Assembly: GCA_964016885.1 (NCBI GenBank)
Contig: OZ024743.1
Span: 177,072,001-177,136,000 of the forward strand
Reading direction: 5' to 3'
DNA: 64,000 nt
From: Eledone cirrhosa
Taxonomy: Eukaryota
Shown: one piece after another, positions 34,387 through 48,328 of the stretch
Numbering within the stretch: the stretch's first letter is position 1
How the letters are laid out: each line of letters begins with the position of its first letter
Made by a program: the position numbers and the translations under genes
Notes under the pieces: generated by a model
What the model saw: only the letters and a program-made list of their open reading frames with translations
Databases searched by the model: none
What the model was told of the DNA's origin: nothing

Positions 34387-37158
34387 TAAAGCAAAGTGGA
34401 TTGATTTTTGGTAGAATTCTGTTGAGAAGCATTCGATTTGCCAATTTGGTTGGAGGACAAAGCTATTCCCCTGTAGTTGTCTGTATAGCCGAGATCACCA
34501 GACTTTGGTAGTGGCATGATATCGCTTTCTGACCATTGGTCAGGCTTCTCGCCGACAATCAGCTTGTTGACATAGCCGAGCATGATGTCATCCAGGTTGC
34601 AATGCTTGAGAACTTCCGGGCCGATGCCATCATATCCAAAGGCTTTCCCCTCCTTCAGAAACATCTTAGCTATTGAGTGTGAAGAGTGTGTCTGAGATTC
34701 CCAGATTTTTCAGCACTGATGCAATTTCGCCGTTCTCACCCACAACCTTAGGCTCTTTTCCAAGTAATTCCTTGAAGTGTGAGTACCACTTCTTGATACG
34801 ATCTTCCTTAGAGTTTGCTTTTATTATTGCTTGTTTGCTGATACGTAAGTCCAAAGCTTTCCTAGCTTTTTCTGAAATGAAGTATTGGCAATGAAAAGTC
34901 CTTCTTTGTCTGCGAAATCGCTCACTAGTTTCCCATTTCTGTTGCTTGATTCATGAAATGTATATTTACCAACGTCTCTCCCAAGATGTGCCTTGCAGTC
35001 CCCATCACAACCAACATATTCTGTTTCGGGACCTCCTTTGCTGTGGCTGCTAACTGATTGTAGTGTTCCTCAGCTTCATCACTCCCCTCAACTGGCGAGT
35101 AATGGACAATAACGGTGAGTGCTGGATTACCACTGAAATTAGTAATGAAATTTGCTCCACGGTTCCACGTTCGATAGAGCACTTTCATCGCTCTGTTGAT
35201 AACTAGGCCTACTCCTCCTGATGATGCGCTGTTGGCATTTCTCCAGGCTGAGGATGTAATAATTGTTCTATCTTCGACACGTTCGTACAATATATCCTCA
35301 TCATATACGATTTTGTGGTCCACAATACCCAGTATTGGGAATGTATGAATTCTGCAGTTGTTCGCTAACTCGTTACGCTTGCTTTCTAGGCGTAAAGTTC
35401 TTACGTTCATAGTTGCTACATTAGTATACTGTTGGCAGGTCAACAGTCTGCCGTTTTCTCTACTGCCATCCTGTACTAACTTTCCTTTTGGCTTTGGGAG
35501 AGCACATTCATGAATCTGTGTAGACTTTGCAGTGTAGCGAGGACAAGAAGAACTAGGGCCGCCCTTAGGAGAATTTGATTTGGTGTACTTCATGTTTGTT
35601 TCGGTTACTGAATACAATCAGGGATCGCTGCTTCTCCTGAATGTCAATAGTTCTCTTCTAACTCGAGCGGGAGTGCCTTTCCATTGTCAATTTGCATTAA
35701 TCATCTGCAAAGCCGCATTGTTCTCAGAACCCTACACTAGTCTTTCGATGCGTGCAGCTGGAACTACTGCCACCAATTGATTTGGCAGGATTTTTTTTTC
35801 TTTTCTTTTAGATGGCCGTTGACTCTTATGGGTTCTTCCGCTCTTTGTCAGGTTTTGTTTTTTGTTCTGCAGGGTGTCCAAAACCACCCTCCTCACCAAG
35901 TAAACTTGGTGGGTTGCCGGTTTAGTCGCCGACGACCCGACCATGCGACAGGTTGTACTGGGTTACATGCTACCAGGAAGGTCGACTATTGTGCATATTC
36001 TTGCATTGGGGAGATTAATCGAGGGTGTCCAATCACACAACCTAAAAGCTGTCTTGACGGTTGTAGACTTTCGAAAAGCATTCGACAGCATCTACCGTGG
36101 GCGAATGCTCCAGATCCTGAGAGCATATGATGTGCCTGAAAAGATAGTTCAAGCTATAGGTCTGATGTACGAGGGTACTCGAGCTCGCGTATTGACACAG
36201 GACATAAACACTTATTACTTTGAGGTTCCCGCAGGTGTTCTCGAATGCGACACGCTTGCACCCTTTCTATTTGCAATCGTCCTCGATTATGCAATGAGAT
36301 AGGCCATTCATGGGAAGGAAGAAGAGTTGGGTTTCAAATTGGATCGAAGGAGAAGCTGTTGTCAAAAGTTGTCACTGACACAGACTTCGCCGATGACATT
36401 GCCTTGATCACAGAGGAAATCAGCCAAGCTCAAGCAGTGCCCACACGTGTCGAGGTTGAATTAGGCAAAATAGGACTGCATCTCAATGCAAAGAAGACCG
36501 AAATCATGCACTACAATCAGGTTGATCCAGCTCCAGTTCTTGCTAAGGGCGGTACAACAATCAAAACAGTTGAGAATTTTAAGTATCTTGGTGCATGGAT
36601 GCACAGCTCACGCAAGGACTTTGAAGTTAGAAAAGCACTGGCATGGTCGGCATGCCACAAGCTATTGAAGGTGTGGAAGTCCGACCTAAACCGCAAAATC
36701 AAGGAGCGCCTCTTCCTAGCAGCTCTTGAACCCATCCTGCTTTACGGCAGTGAAGCGTGGACTATTGACAAAGTGCTATGCAAGAGACTTGACGGATGTT
36801 ACACGAGGAATCTGAGAATAGCTCTCAACATTTTTTGGAAACAGAAGCTGACAAATAAGGAACTATACAGATCACTACCACCAGTCTCAAAAAGAGTTGC
36901 CTGACGACGAATGAAACTGGCTGGGCACTGCATCCGTCATCCAGAAGAGACAGCATCTCAACTTGTGCTCTGAAAACCGGCAGTCGGACGAAGAAGCGTG
37001 GGAAGACAGGCCGTCTCATTCATTGATACCTTGCTGAGAGATGCCAACATTGATAACATCGACGAACTGAGAAATGTTATGCTCGACCGGGACGATTGGA
37101 GAAAGCGTGCTGAATTTTTGCGAGTGTAAACTCGGCCGAAGAAGAAGTAAAGCGAAGT
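34387..37158. mobile_element. RTE-like LINE with inverted 5' half (minus 35976-34398; plus 35972-37147)
   Basis: APE and RT N-terminus on minus; RT continues on plus (PGRST, DFRKAFDS, FADD, YGSEAW). TSD TAAAGC(A/G)AAGT at 34387-34397 and 37148-37158. Confidence 0.85.
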
Positions 37159-38329
37159 TAGTGGTTGTTGTTGAAGAGGATGATAAACACTACAAATAGA
37201 ATAATTTTGGTTGAATATATAACTTTTCTACGCTTCAGCAAATAGGAAAAAAAAAAATGATTACTTCGAATCATAAAAATATAAAGTTTGATGGTAGCAC
37301 TCACAAATGTATACAGTGTTCGAAAAATCCTTTGTTTAAATGTGGTATGCTCAAGTAGAAGGTGAAAAGTTGGTGGTAGTAAGCCTGCAGTGCATTTCTG
37401 CGGACAATGGCTAGCGACACCCGCTACAACAGCTCCTTCCTCAAGTAGGCGGCTGTCGTTCCGATATTCCGATTGTTAATGTCAGAGTAGTACTTCCGTG
37501 ACAAATTGTTTTCAGACCTTGTGTTGAAACTATCGCAATTACATTGTAGAAGAGACATTATACATATTACACACATTCACTCACACAGACATATATTCAT
37601 ACACACATGCACATACAGACAGACATATACTCTTAACAACACAAACAGGATATATTTATACTTATTCAAACAAACAAACTGCTAAATGCCTAATAAAACA
37701 AGGGAAAGTACTCTTCAAATGAAAAGTTCCTTCCCTTACAATTATTGACTACACCAAATAGCATCAGCAGAAACTGAATCAGGCCTGATCACCAAGCTAT
37801 TGTATTGCTAACTTAATGTTATTCTTTAACGACTCACTCAACTAAGCACTACATTTTATCGCCAAGTCAAGAGTAGTCAAACTATACGGTCATATAAAAA
37901 GATCAACTCGTTGTGTGAGTAGGTTATGCCTGGAAGGAAGGTTGGTTAGTAAGAGAAGCAGAGGCCGGCAGCCAAAACGATGGTTTGATAATGTCAACTT
38001 ATGGACTGGATTTGATTTTGTTCTTTAAACTTTGCTGTTGGAGAAAAATATCTCATGCTGATGCGCAGTCTGCAACTGGCGGAGTTTAGCGTCAAAGTAA
38101 TAAATAGTGTTAACCATCCAGCGTTTTGTGATATGAAGAAAGCCGAGAGGTTAACAGTCGACGCCCGAAACGAGCGGGGTACAGGCCCAGCGATTCCAAC
38201 GGACGACGAGCGGGAACACGCTAGACGTCCGAGAGAAGAAAGCGGGAAGCACATAGAATGGAGTATTGAAGAAGTAAGGTTGTGCAGCGGAAGGTGGAGG
38301 GCACAAAAGCGGCTCGAAGAAGGGTGTCG

Positions 38330-38580
38330 TGAACGACCATTTTCCCGTTCAACGGTGGTAAACCCCTCATCTGTGATGCCACATGCAGCGACACATTCTC
38401 CTGCAGCAACCTGGTGGAGTCTGAGATTAACCCAGGCTCTACTGCACTTCTGGCTGAGGAGGGAAAATTCTCCAAATATTGGTCGCTCTCAGACAGGTTT
38501 GTGATCGAGCCCGTGGCAGTGGAAATTTTTGGTGTCCTTAGCCCTAGGGCCACATCCCTACTCACCGCCACTAAATGCAA
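38330..38580 (+). mobile_element. CRE-like RLE fragment, degenerate
   Basis: Homologous to 47775-48010 (DATCSDTF, PVAVEIFGVL). Confidence 0.7.
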
Positions 38581-39404
38581 GCATGCTGGAGGTCAGATTA
38601 GTTGATAGGACACATACAATTCAAAGAAAAATAGCATTTCTCACTGAAATCGAGAGGGTTGTTCTATGAATTCACCAAACATTGTTCCCCTGTAAATCAG
38701 ATAACTCCGAAATAAATATCAAACTAAATAGTAAAAATAAGAACCAAGTGACAGCATAACCTTAAATAAACTATATTATAATACATGAATAAAAACAAAA
38801 TACGAAATAATCTAGTTAACACCAAATGTGTTTCCTATTTAATGCGAATGTTCAGGTCAGGGGCTTGCCATAGTGAAATTTTTTAAAGAATGTTCGACAA
38901 AATTTAGCAGAAACAGAACCGAGAAAAGCGTTTTAAAATAACAGAATTTTATGTTGCCTGGGATAATAATTGTTTTAAAGCTTATACACTTATTAGGGAG
39001 CCAGGTGTCAAAAGTGACAGTGAATAACATAAATATTAATCCTTTTTTAATACTATATTTCGAACCAAATACACTGCCTCAATGTTTCAATTAGTTCTGA
39101 AAATAATGAAGAATTTGAAGGATTTAGTAATATTGTAGAGAACTCTCGACACACTTTACCACGATGGGATTTCTAAGTCTGCCACAGACAACCACCTTAT
39201 TACTTAGTTACGACATCAGTACTCCATTACTTAGATCACGTTCTCTGGTGGAAGGATTAGTGAAACCAATTGCACATACAGGGTCGGTGGAACTGGGAGG
39301 GCCAGGGGGCCATGTCCCCCGACTCAATAATTATATTTTTCTCCCCAAACTCCCAAAACACACATTTGTATATGCGCTACAATTTATGTACATGTTATGT
39401 AGAG

Positions 39405-39647
39405 AGAGATGGGAGAGGTAGATATAAATATAGTGAGCGGGAGAGTGTGGTGGTAATTGATATAGAGAGGGTGATTGGAAGAGAGTTCCGTGTAGTAGAT
39501 ATAGAGAGGGGGAGAGTTTGGTGTTAATTGTTATAGAGAGGGGGATTGGAAGAGAGTTCCGTGTCGTAGATATAAAGATGGGGAGAGTTTGTTGTTAATT
39601 GATAGAGAGAGGGGAATTGGGAGAGTATGTTGTATAGATGATATAGA
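39405..39647. repeat. GA-rich GATATAGAGAG minisatellite, left part
   Basis: Same units resume at 45350-46190; interrupted by Tx1 copy C. Confidence 0.85.
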
Positions 39648-42600
39648 TTTCTATTTATTTGCCACCAGGGCATCAAAGATTGGGACAAATACAAAGGGGG
39701 GAGTTTACATACATTTAAAAAGACGTGTAAAAAACATATAACAAATTGAATTTAACAATCGATGTCCTCAATAGGAAGGGGCGTTGACATGGGTCGCACA
39801 CACCCCCGAAAAAATGTGCAACCCTCCTCTTCAGGAGCAGAAAGAGCGGGTGCTCCCCTCCTCTCCTCATTCTTCTCCTCTCTCACCTACAGGCTGATAT
39901 AGAGAGAAGGCCCATTCACTCGGGCCATTCTCTCCACTTTCACCCACCTTTCATAAAACTTGCTGGGGTAGAGCACCTCTCGCTCCATTCTGATCCTTCT
40001 TCTAAAGTGGTACTTGAAAAAAAAGACCAGTTGTTGGCCGGAGAGAAAGGTGTCTGACCTCAGCCGTTTCAACCTTGTCCACCATACAACTTCTTTCGCC
40101 ATAGCTATCACACAGAGGAAAACCGCCTCTCCTTCGTTTTTGAAAGGGGGAGGCGGTTTAATCGTGACAATGTTCTCGGTGGTCAACCGGATTGGTCCCA
40201 CCCGCGACAGTAGTCGTTCCACATAGCCCCACAGGTCAGCAACGCCCGGGCAGTGTACGAATGCGTGTGCGACGGTTTCCTCGTCACGCACGCATCTCGG
40301 ACAGATCTTCTTCGAGGGGTCCCTACGCGGGCGCCCGTGTCTGTAGAGCTTGTCCCGAACGGGTAGAGCTCCTCGGTAACATTGCCAAGCCAGGGACTTT
40401 TGGAAGTTGTCCATCGGTCCCGGGCCAAACGTCCTACCGAACAGACTGGCCAGCTCATCTTCCTCCATGCCCAGATCCTCTCCGAAGTGTCGTCGCACTT
40501 ACTGCGCACCAACCCTCTATAGAATGTTGAGGTTGAGTCTCCACTGATTGCCGGATCCGCTTGCCAGAGGGCCGTGAGCGCCTGGGCACATTCAATGTGC
40601 CAGTCGCCCACTTTTCTCGGTCTTTGTTTGACCCAGGATTGCAGCTCGGTGAGTGAGACGAGTCTCGGAAAGGCTCGCCTCACAAACAGGGCCCACACCG
40701 GCTGACCAGTGAGGAATACCTGGAAGTGTCGTAGCCTTAATGCGTGTCTACGCATCGTCAGCCACGGCTGCCCCAGCCCTCCGTTCGAAGAGTGTTGACA
40801 GCGGATGAATCTTCTCACCAAAGGAGCCCGCTTCTTCCAAAGAAATCGGAAGAGCGCGCGCTCCATTTTAGCGAGTGTTTTCTCTGGGCAAGGCACGACG
40901 GTCAAGCGGTAGTAGATGACGGACGCTATATAAGCGTTCGCCACCTCCGCTCGACCTTTCAGGGATAGTTTGCACTCGGCCCACTTCTGGGCAAGTGCAA
41001 ACACCTTGCCCGTTACCTCGTTCCAGTTTTTCTCCACCTGGATCCGGTCCTAACCAGACCCCGAGCAGCTTCACCGGTCCCTCCGTCCAGCGTCAGACGA
41101 TGCCGTAGGAGGGCATCGGTTTGCCCCTCCACGTCCCGAGTTGCAAATCGACAGACTTGTCCCGTTTCAGCTTGTCTCCTGTGAACCTTTCATATTCCTC
41201 CAGTAAGGTGCCGATCTGCCCGATTTCCGAGGCGCACGACACCATTACTGTCATGTCATCAGCGTAGGCCGACACCGCTTTCCGCAATCCCGGTACCAAG
41301 GGGATGCCCTGCAACAGCTCCAGCTTCCGCAGTAGTGGCTCGAGAGCCAGCACATACAGGAGGGAGGAGAGAGGGCATCCCTGTCGGATGGATCGCGTGA
41401 TTTGGAACGGCTCCGAGAGGTAGCCGTTCACCTTGACCCTCGAGCAGGTGTTGCTGCTGTGCATTGCAGCAATCCAGCCCCTGAAAACGGGTCCGAAGCC
41501 TGCCGCCGCGAGAACCGCTTCCAGGTACCGATGGTCAACCCTATCGAACGCCTTAGATTGATCCAAGTTGATCAGGGCCCCACCAAAGCCGGTTGTATCG
41601 CATGAGGTGGAGGTTGTCGTGTATGGACCTGGATGGGATTGCGCATGTTTGCGCTTCTCCCACCAGGTTCCCGACGACAAGCGCCAACCTCTTCGCTAAC
41701 ACCTTGGCCAAAATCTTTAACTCTGTGTTTAGCAGAGTTATGGGCCTGAAGTTATCTATGTCATCCCCCTTGTTCTCGTCCTTCCTCACCAGCGTGACTA
41801 CGCCCTTGGTCACAGAACTGGGAATTCTCCCGTTCTGTTGCCAGTTGCAGTAGACCGCCTCGAGGAGACCGGAGAACAAGCCCGGCATCGCTACATTAAG
41901 TTCGTATGGTAGACCATCGAGACTCGGAGATTTGCGTTTGCCGCATTGGCTCAGCGCTTCCCCTATTTCAGCGGCTGAAATCGGCCTCTCGCAGGACTTC
42001 GCCTCCCCGTCTGAGAGCCGTGGCAGACCGACGAGGTAGTGACCGAAATCCATGGCCCCACCCGGCCCGCCGCCCCTCCCGAACAGTCGTGCAAAGCGCC
42101 GTTGAAAGGCCGCGCTCATCCGCTCAGGTTCAAGGATCACGCGTCCATCCTGGTCCTTCAAAGACCGAATCGTGGACTTGTTTCCACTTTTTGCCTCTGT
42201 CACTCGGGCCCAGCTAACAGCTTTGGCTCCCTCGTTACCCAGAGCACGTATTTTACTCCTGACAACGCAGCCCTCGTGCTTCGCATCAAAGAACTGGTCT
42301 AGGGCCGTTCTTAACGCCAGCATGCCGGCCACGTTGCCACTCCTAATCGCTTCTTCTACTCTATCTATTAATTCCCTTTCAGTTCTATTCCTATCTGATG
42401 CTAATTCCTGACTAAAACCTATCGATTCTATTCTAATTTCTCTCTTGAGAGAGCCCCACCACCTGCTGTTGACAATTGCCCCCGTCAACCGCTGCTTAAC
42501 TAGTGTGCTAATCCGCTTACTGTAAGCTTTGTTTGTCGGTAAAGACAAGTTTAGCTTCCAGTAACCGGGTCCCTGTCTATGAGTTCTATCAAGGTTGACC

Positions 42601-45345
42601 ACTCCGGTCACCAACTTGTGATCCGAATAGTCAACCATGAACATTCGTGGACAGCTTAATATGTCCCTATCTTTATTTCTAACTAGGAACCTATCTAGGT
42701 ACGACCTAGATGTTCCGCTAAGATTAGTCCACGTCCACAGTGGCTCAGTCGGAAAATCTAGTCGATATCTATCGGCCAGATCAAATCGGCCGGTTAATCG
42801 TTTGAGGCTGTTACACCCCCCTCTATCGGGACATGCCCCTACATAGTCATAACGTGCATCCAGGATACCATTCCAGTGCCCCACTAAAAGCAAGGAGCGA
42901 GACGTTCCCCGAAAATTCTCCAGGCGTCGGAAGAAGTCCGGTCGCGGTGTCCCAGATGGGGCATACGCTGCCACCAGCCTGAAAGCTCCATCTTCACTAC
43001 TGCCGACGTCTAAAACCACCAGTCGACCCTCCGGGTCCAGGTGTACCTTCTGTGTGGCAAGACCTAGGTATTTTCGCAGCAGAACGACAACCCCACCCCC
43101 ACCCCTCGGCTGACAGAGAGATGCGTAGATCTCAAAGTCGTCGAAGATGGGGGCCAGTTGGCGCTCGCTGCTGATCCTGGACTCGCAAATAAGCATTACA
43201 TCCACTCTGTGCAACCTGAGGTCATTTAAGAGTTTGCCCTGTTTCCAGGACATCCCCAGGCCGCGTGCATTCACACATCCAACTCTTATATTGGCCATGT
43301 TGGTGCTGAAGAGTTTAAAGGAAGAGGAAAGGAAATTACTTACCTCTTCGTCTCCTGGGGACCAGGCTGCACAATTTCCATGGGGGTGTTGGAAGGGTTG
43401 TTTGGTGGGGTGGTGGTTTGTGGTGGGGTGATGACATCAGTGTGTCGTGGGATTAGGGTGTTTGGTGGGGTGTGGGTGTCTGGGTGGGGGTGGGGAAACA
43501 TCTCAATAGGACGCTGTTAAGTGGTTTGGTGCAGGTGGTCCCCTCATGCATTGGATGGTTCTTTTTCTAAGTTACATAGGTTTCCGTTGGGACCCTAATC
43601 ATCATTAGGTGCGGTTTGTTCGCTGCGTAGGTGAAAGTGATCCCTTCGGTTTCCACCGAAGGGTTATTTTCTATTGCTTTCATCAAAATGTTATTGTTCT
43701 TGTTAATGTATGTATAGAGTTTTTGTTGTGTTGTGTTTGTTTTTGTTTGTTGTTCTTGTGCGTGTTTGCGTTTTGTAGTATGTGTTATGTTTTGGGGAGG
43801 GGTGGGATTTTTTGTTTGTGATGTTTGTTCTGTTTGTGCTGGTGGTTGTGTGTTTGTAGCATTTTTGTTAATGTGGTGCCTTTTTTTTTCCTTTTCACCC
43901 GTTGAAAGGGTTCTCCGTCGTCGTCACTGGGTGACGTTGATACGGAGTCCTCTTCCGTGTTGTTGGGGAGGGGTATATTTTGGGGTTTTGTTGAGGTTGC
44001 TTTTGTATTTGTTTTAGGTGGGGAGGGGTTGGGTGGAACAGTGTTTTGTGTTGTTATTTTTCCGTGTTGTTGTTGTTGTTGTTGTTGTTGTTGTGGTGGT
44101 GGTGGTGGTGGTGGTTGTGTTGTTGTGTTCGGGGTTGACAGAAGAGCCTTTTTTTTACTCGTTAATTGAGGACAGGCAGCCCTCAGGTGACCCCTGCTTA
44201 AGCAGTGGTAACATAACGGCGGCCTTCCCTCCACTGAAATGTTTATATAAGTTAGCCCGTCCAGAGGCACGCGTTGTGGGATATTCGCTATTCGTTCTGG
44301 GCTCATTTGCACCAGAACTTCTCCGCTGGTTCCACCAAATACACCTCCGGAGGACTTTCCTATTGAAATTATCCTGTCTTCATCAAAGTCAATGATTCCA
44401 CATAGTATCCACCAAATATTTACATTTGGTGTGATACTCATAATTTTTATTCTTTGTGTCCTTTTTCCCCTGTATGTGGGGAAAAAGGTGAAGCGGGGGG
44501 ACACAATGGGTGATACCGAGTTATTTTGTGCTGTTGACTGGTTATTCATTAGCACCGAAATGCTACCAAACAGTTTTCCTTTTTGTATGAAGGTTATATC
44601 CTTCATTGCATTTTTTAGAACCACAATTTCATTTTGTGATAATTGAGCTGGTTTTCTTGTTTCGTTCGATATTCTCCTGAAAACCACAGTTTTCAGGACA
44701 GCCTTTCTACGTAATTCCTGTGGAGAATTGATGCTAAAAGCACCGTTTTCGCTAAAAGTCACGAATTGTTTTGCGTCTTGTAGTAGTTGTTTAGCATTTG
44801 TTATGTCAATTGGCGTGTATAGTTCGTTTTTTTTTACAGTCTGTGCGAACGTTGTTTTGGTGTTGTCTTTTTTGTTGCTGTTGTTGTTGTCACTGTTGGT
44901 AATATTGTTCATGTTTTCCTTGGTGTTGCTATTGTTGCAGTTGTTGGTTGTGGTGTTATTGTCACTGTTCTTGTTGTTGGTGCTGGTATTATTTACCGGG
45001 TTTGGTTTCGTGGTTTCAATATTTTCAACGTTTTACTATAATGCGAGGGGGGGGGGGGGGGCTGCAAGCTTTGTACTCCTACCTTACCTCCACCACTTTT
45101 CTTAGTGGGCGTGGCACTCACGACAGTGTGCTAGGTTTAAATGGCATCCATTGCTGATACCAAGTCTACACAGTTTTGAGATGAAAATGAAAATTTCGCC
45201 CCAGAAAGGGGCGAAAATTAGTTGACTCAACGTCTGAAGGCCCAGGCAAGGGGTTAAAATAAACAATGCTATTAAATTGAGCAATGAACTCACAGTTTTT
45301 TTTGACAATAATCCGTAAAAATCCGGAGCGAAGTAATTCACGTCT
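39648..45345 (-). mobile_element. Tx1/L1-clade LINE copy C, full length, frameshifted
   Basis: ORF1 pieces (knuckle CYHCLSRGHLRAAC, stop 43342-43340), ORF2 43298-39887 in four frames with YADD and CCHC, AATAAA. Confidence 0.95.
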
Positions 45346-45349
45346 ATAT

Positions 45350-46190
45350 CAAGTGGTAATTGATATAGAGAGGGGATAGTTTGCTGGTAATTGATATAGT
45401 GAGTGGTTTTATGAGAGTGAGTTGTATATTAGATATATATATAGAGAGAGATTCATGTTTATTGATATAGAGAGGGGTTTGGAAGAGAGTTCCGTGTAGT
45501 AGATATAGAGAGGGAGAGATTGATGTTAATTGATATAGTGATGGGGGATTGGGAGATTGTGTTGTATGGTTGATGTAGAGAAGGGGAGATTTTGGTGGTA
45601 ATGAATTGAGTGAGAGGATTGATAGAGGTAGGTATTGATAGATATAGAGAGGGGGAGAGTTTGGTAGTGATGGATAGAGTGAGATAGAGTGAGAGAGAAT
45701 GAGAGAGAATGTTGTATAGTAGATATAGAGAGGGGGTGGAGAGTGTGTTGTATATTAGATATAGCGAGGGGGGAAGACTGATGCTTATTGATATAGAGAG
45801 GGGTATTGGAGGAGAGTTCCGTGTAGTAGATATAAAGAGAGGCATAATTTGGTTTTAATTGATATAGAAAGGTGGATTGGAAGAGAGTACCTTGTAGTAG
45901 ATATAGAGAGGGGAATAATTTGGTGGTTGTAGATATATAGAAAGGGATAATGGGAGAGTAACGTGTATGAGATATAGAGAAGGGGAGAGTTTATGGGTGA
46001 TTGATATACAGATGGGGATTGGGAGAGATAAGTATAAATATTTATAGTGAGTGAGAGAGTGTAGTAGTCTTAGATATAGAGAGTGGGATAAGAGAGGCGG
46101 TGTCGTGGTAGATATAGAGATGGTGTAGAGTTTGGTTTTAGTAGATAGAGTGAGGTGGATTAAAAAAGAGTTTTGCGTGATAGACATAGA
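45350..46190. repeat. GA-rich GATATAGAGAG minisatellite, right part
   Basis: Seen directly. Confidence 0.85.
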
Positions 46191-46627
46191 GAGGAGGAGC
46201 GTTTGGTGGGACTCTCGGCTCCCAAATAATAGGAGGCGGTGGCAATAATGTGGGCGGGGACGGGCTTGGGAAATCAGTAATTGTATAGTGTACGTTCGTA
46301 AATATGGGATATCTTGTAATGTTCTTCTTTTGTCATACATAATGTTTTTTTAATGTAAAATAAAATTATTATTATATTCTCCAGTCGCTGTATCAATATG
46401 AATCACTTGCAATAAAATTTAGCCGGAGATAGAAATTTAATAAGCCGGTGGGGGCTGGGGGTGGAATAAGAAGCAGGGTGGGGTGTTGGAAAAAAATCTG
46501 ACAAATTAATAAGCGGGAGTGGGGGGAGACGGTTATTCAAGACCTGAGAGTAAGTGAATTATTGATGGACATAAAATTGAAAACTCAATACCGAAGTAGA
46601 ATTTCAATATTCATTTATTATGACTAA

Positions 46628-46680
46628 GCCTTATTACTCTAGAGTCTCTCCTACGTGCTCACAGGATCATCAGACACGAC
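46628..46680 (-). ncRNA. Degenerate minimal hammerhead (Penelope-like remnant)
   Basis: GTCGTGT-CTGATGA-TCCTG..TAGGA-GAGA-CTCTAGAG-TA-ATAAGGC; the GAAA core reads GAGA. Confidence 0.55.
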
Positions 46681-47385
46681 TGGTGATGCTGTGAGTGCGT
46701 AGGTGGAACTTTAGAGTAACAAAGCTCACCAATAGCCAATTGTGTTCCGAAGAGATTGTTTTGGTAAAAAGAGGAGCAAGCAGGAGAAAGCTCTCAACAC
46801 TCGTAGTTTGTAGTTATGATGGAGATTTAGTATAATAATTGTTTCTACTTTTGGCACAAGGCCAGGAAATATCCCACTGTATTACTGGTACTTTATTTTA
46901 TCGACCCCGTAAGGATGAAAGGCAAAGTTAACCTCGGCAGGATTTGAACTCAGACCATAAAGGGCAGTAACTCTTTGCTGCAAAGCATGGCGTCCGACTC
47001 TCTACCGATACTGCCAATCCAGTATAATAATAACATTAATAAAGATGCTGATGTTACAAGACTCCAACTATTATCAGTATTACCACCGTTTTTATTATTA
47101 TTAAGGTGGATTGGCAGTATCGGTAGAGCGTCGGATAACATGCTTAGAAGCACAGAGTTGTGGCCTTTTGCGTTCTAAGTTCAAATCATGCCGAGGTTAA
47201 CTTTGCCTTTCATCCTTACGGGTCGATAAAATAAAGCACCAGTAATGCACTGGGTTCGATTTAATCGAATTTCCCCTCTCCCCAAATTACTGTCTATAGT
47301 AGAAACAATTATTGTTATAATTATTGCTCTTATCATTATTATTGAGCTTTGAGTGAGTTGAAATATTTAGACAATATATAGAACA

Positions 47386-47572
47386 TCTTCAACGCTGTTG
47401 TAAACACAATTTAGAAAACCAGGTAAAATACCGTTATATACGGAAACATGTGGCTGACAACCGCGACAGAGCACCGGATTCTGTACCTCTCAACTGGCCA
47501 AGTTTTCCGTCTATAGGGGTATTTTCCCCGATTTTCTTAGCTGTGTTCACAACTATCTTAATGCGTTCAAGA
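47386..47572. mobile_element. MITE-like imperfect inverted repeat
   Basis: Arms of about 70 bp are reverse-complementary (GTTGTAAACACA..TACGGAAA and TTTCCGT..TGTGTTCACAAC). Confidence 0.6.
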
Positions 47573-47715
47573 TTTTCTATATTTTCTAAACATAAATATA
47601 TGAAAACTCAGTCGAATTATTGACATGAAATGACGTAGTTAGCGCAACCAACACACACACACACACACACACAGACACACACACATATATATATTTATAT
47701 AGAAGTAGTGACACA

Positions 47716-48165
47716 TTCCCTTCCCAGCTCGAGCCGGTGGGGCTGGATCGAGGGGACGGTAAAAGGCCAGATGGCATGACCATCTTCCCGTACCGCGGTG
47801 GCAAACCCCTCGTCTGAGATGCCACTTGCACCGACACTTTCTGCAGCCGCAACCTGGTGCAGTCTGCGACTGAACCAGGTTCTGCTGCACGTCGGGATGA
47901 GGGGGCCAAACTCCTCAAATACCGGTCGCTCTCGGACAGGTTTGCGGTCATTCCCCTGGCAGTGTAGATTTCTGGTGTCCTCGGCCCCAGGGCTACCTCC
48001 TTACTCACCACCATAGGCGCTGAGCTGGCCAGCCGCAGGTGTGAGCCCCGCGAGTTGGAGTGGCTTTTCCAGCGCGTCTCCCTTGCCGTCCTCCGGGGAA
48101 ACGCCTTCTCCAATCTGTCCGCCGGGGCTGTGGGTGGGCCCTATCGCGTAACAATACATTAGTTA
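47716..48165 (+). mobile_element. CRE-clade non-LTR 3' fragment (restriction-like endonuclease)
   Basis: Hand translation [36 protein letters not shown]...WLFQRVSLAVLRGNA. Confidence 0.8.
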
Positions 48166-48287
48166 AATACCATTCTTTCATCTGATATATCTCTAAATTA
48201 TATATTTATATATATTCATGCAAATGATATACAGTTAGTTCACCATACCGAGAACAATTGTTTCACTTTATGCGGATCTTCAGCAGT

Positions 48288-48328
48288 CCGAGCTGAAGAT
48301 CCGCATAAGGTGAAACAATTGTACTCGG
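48288..48328 (+). ncRNA. Minimal type I hammerhead inside a 115-bp palindrome (48231-48345)
   Basis: CCGAG-CTGAAGA-TCCGCATAAGGT-GAAA-CAATTG-TA-CTCGG. Confidence 0.75.

Noticed and set aside
35800-35976. HDV-like ribozyme at the RTE 5' end
   Set aside because: I could not assemble the nested double pseudoknot by eye on the element strand.
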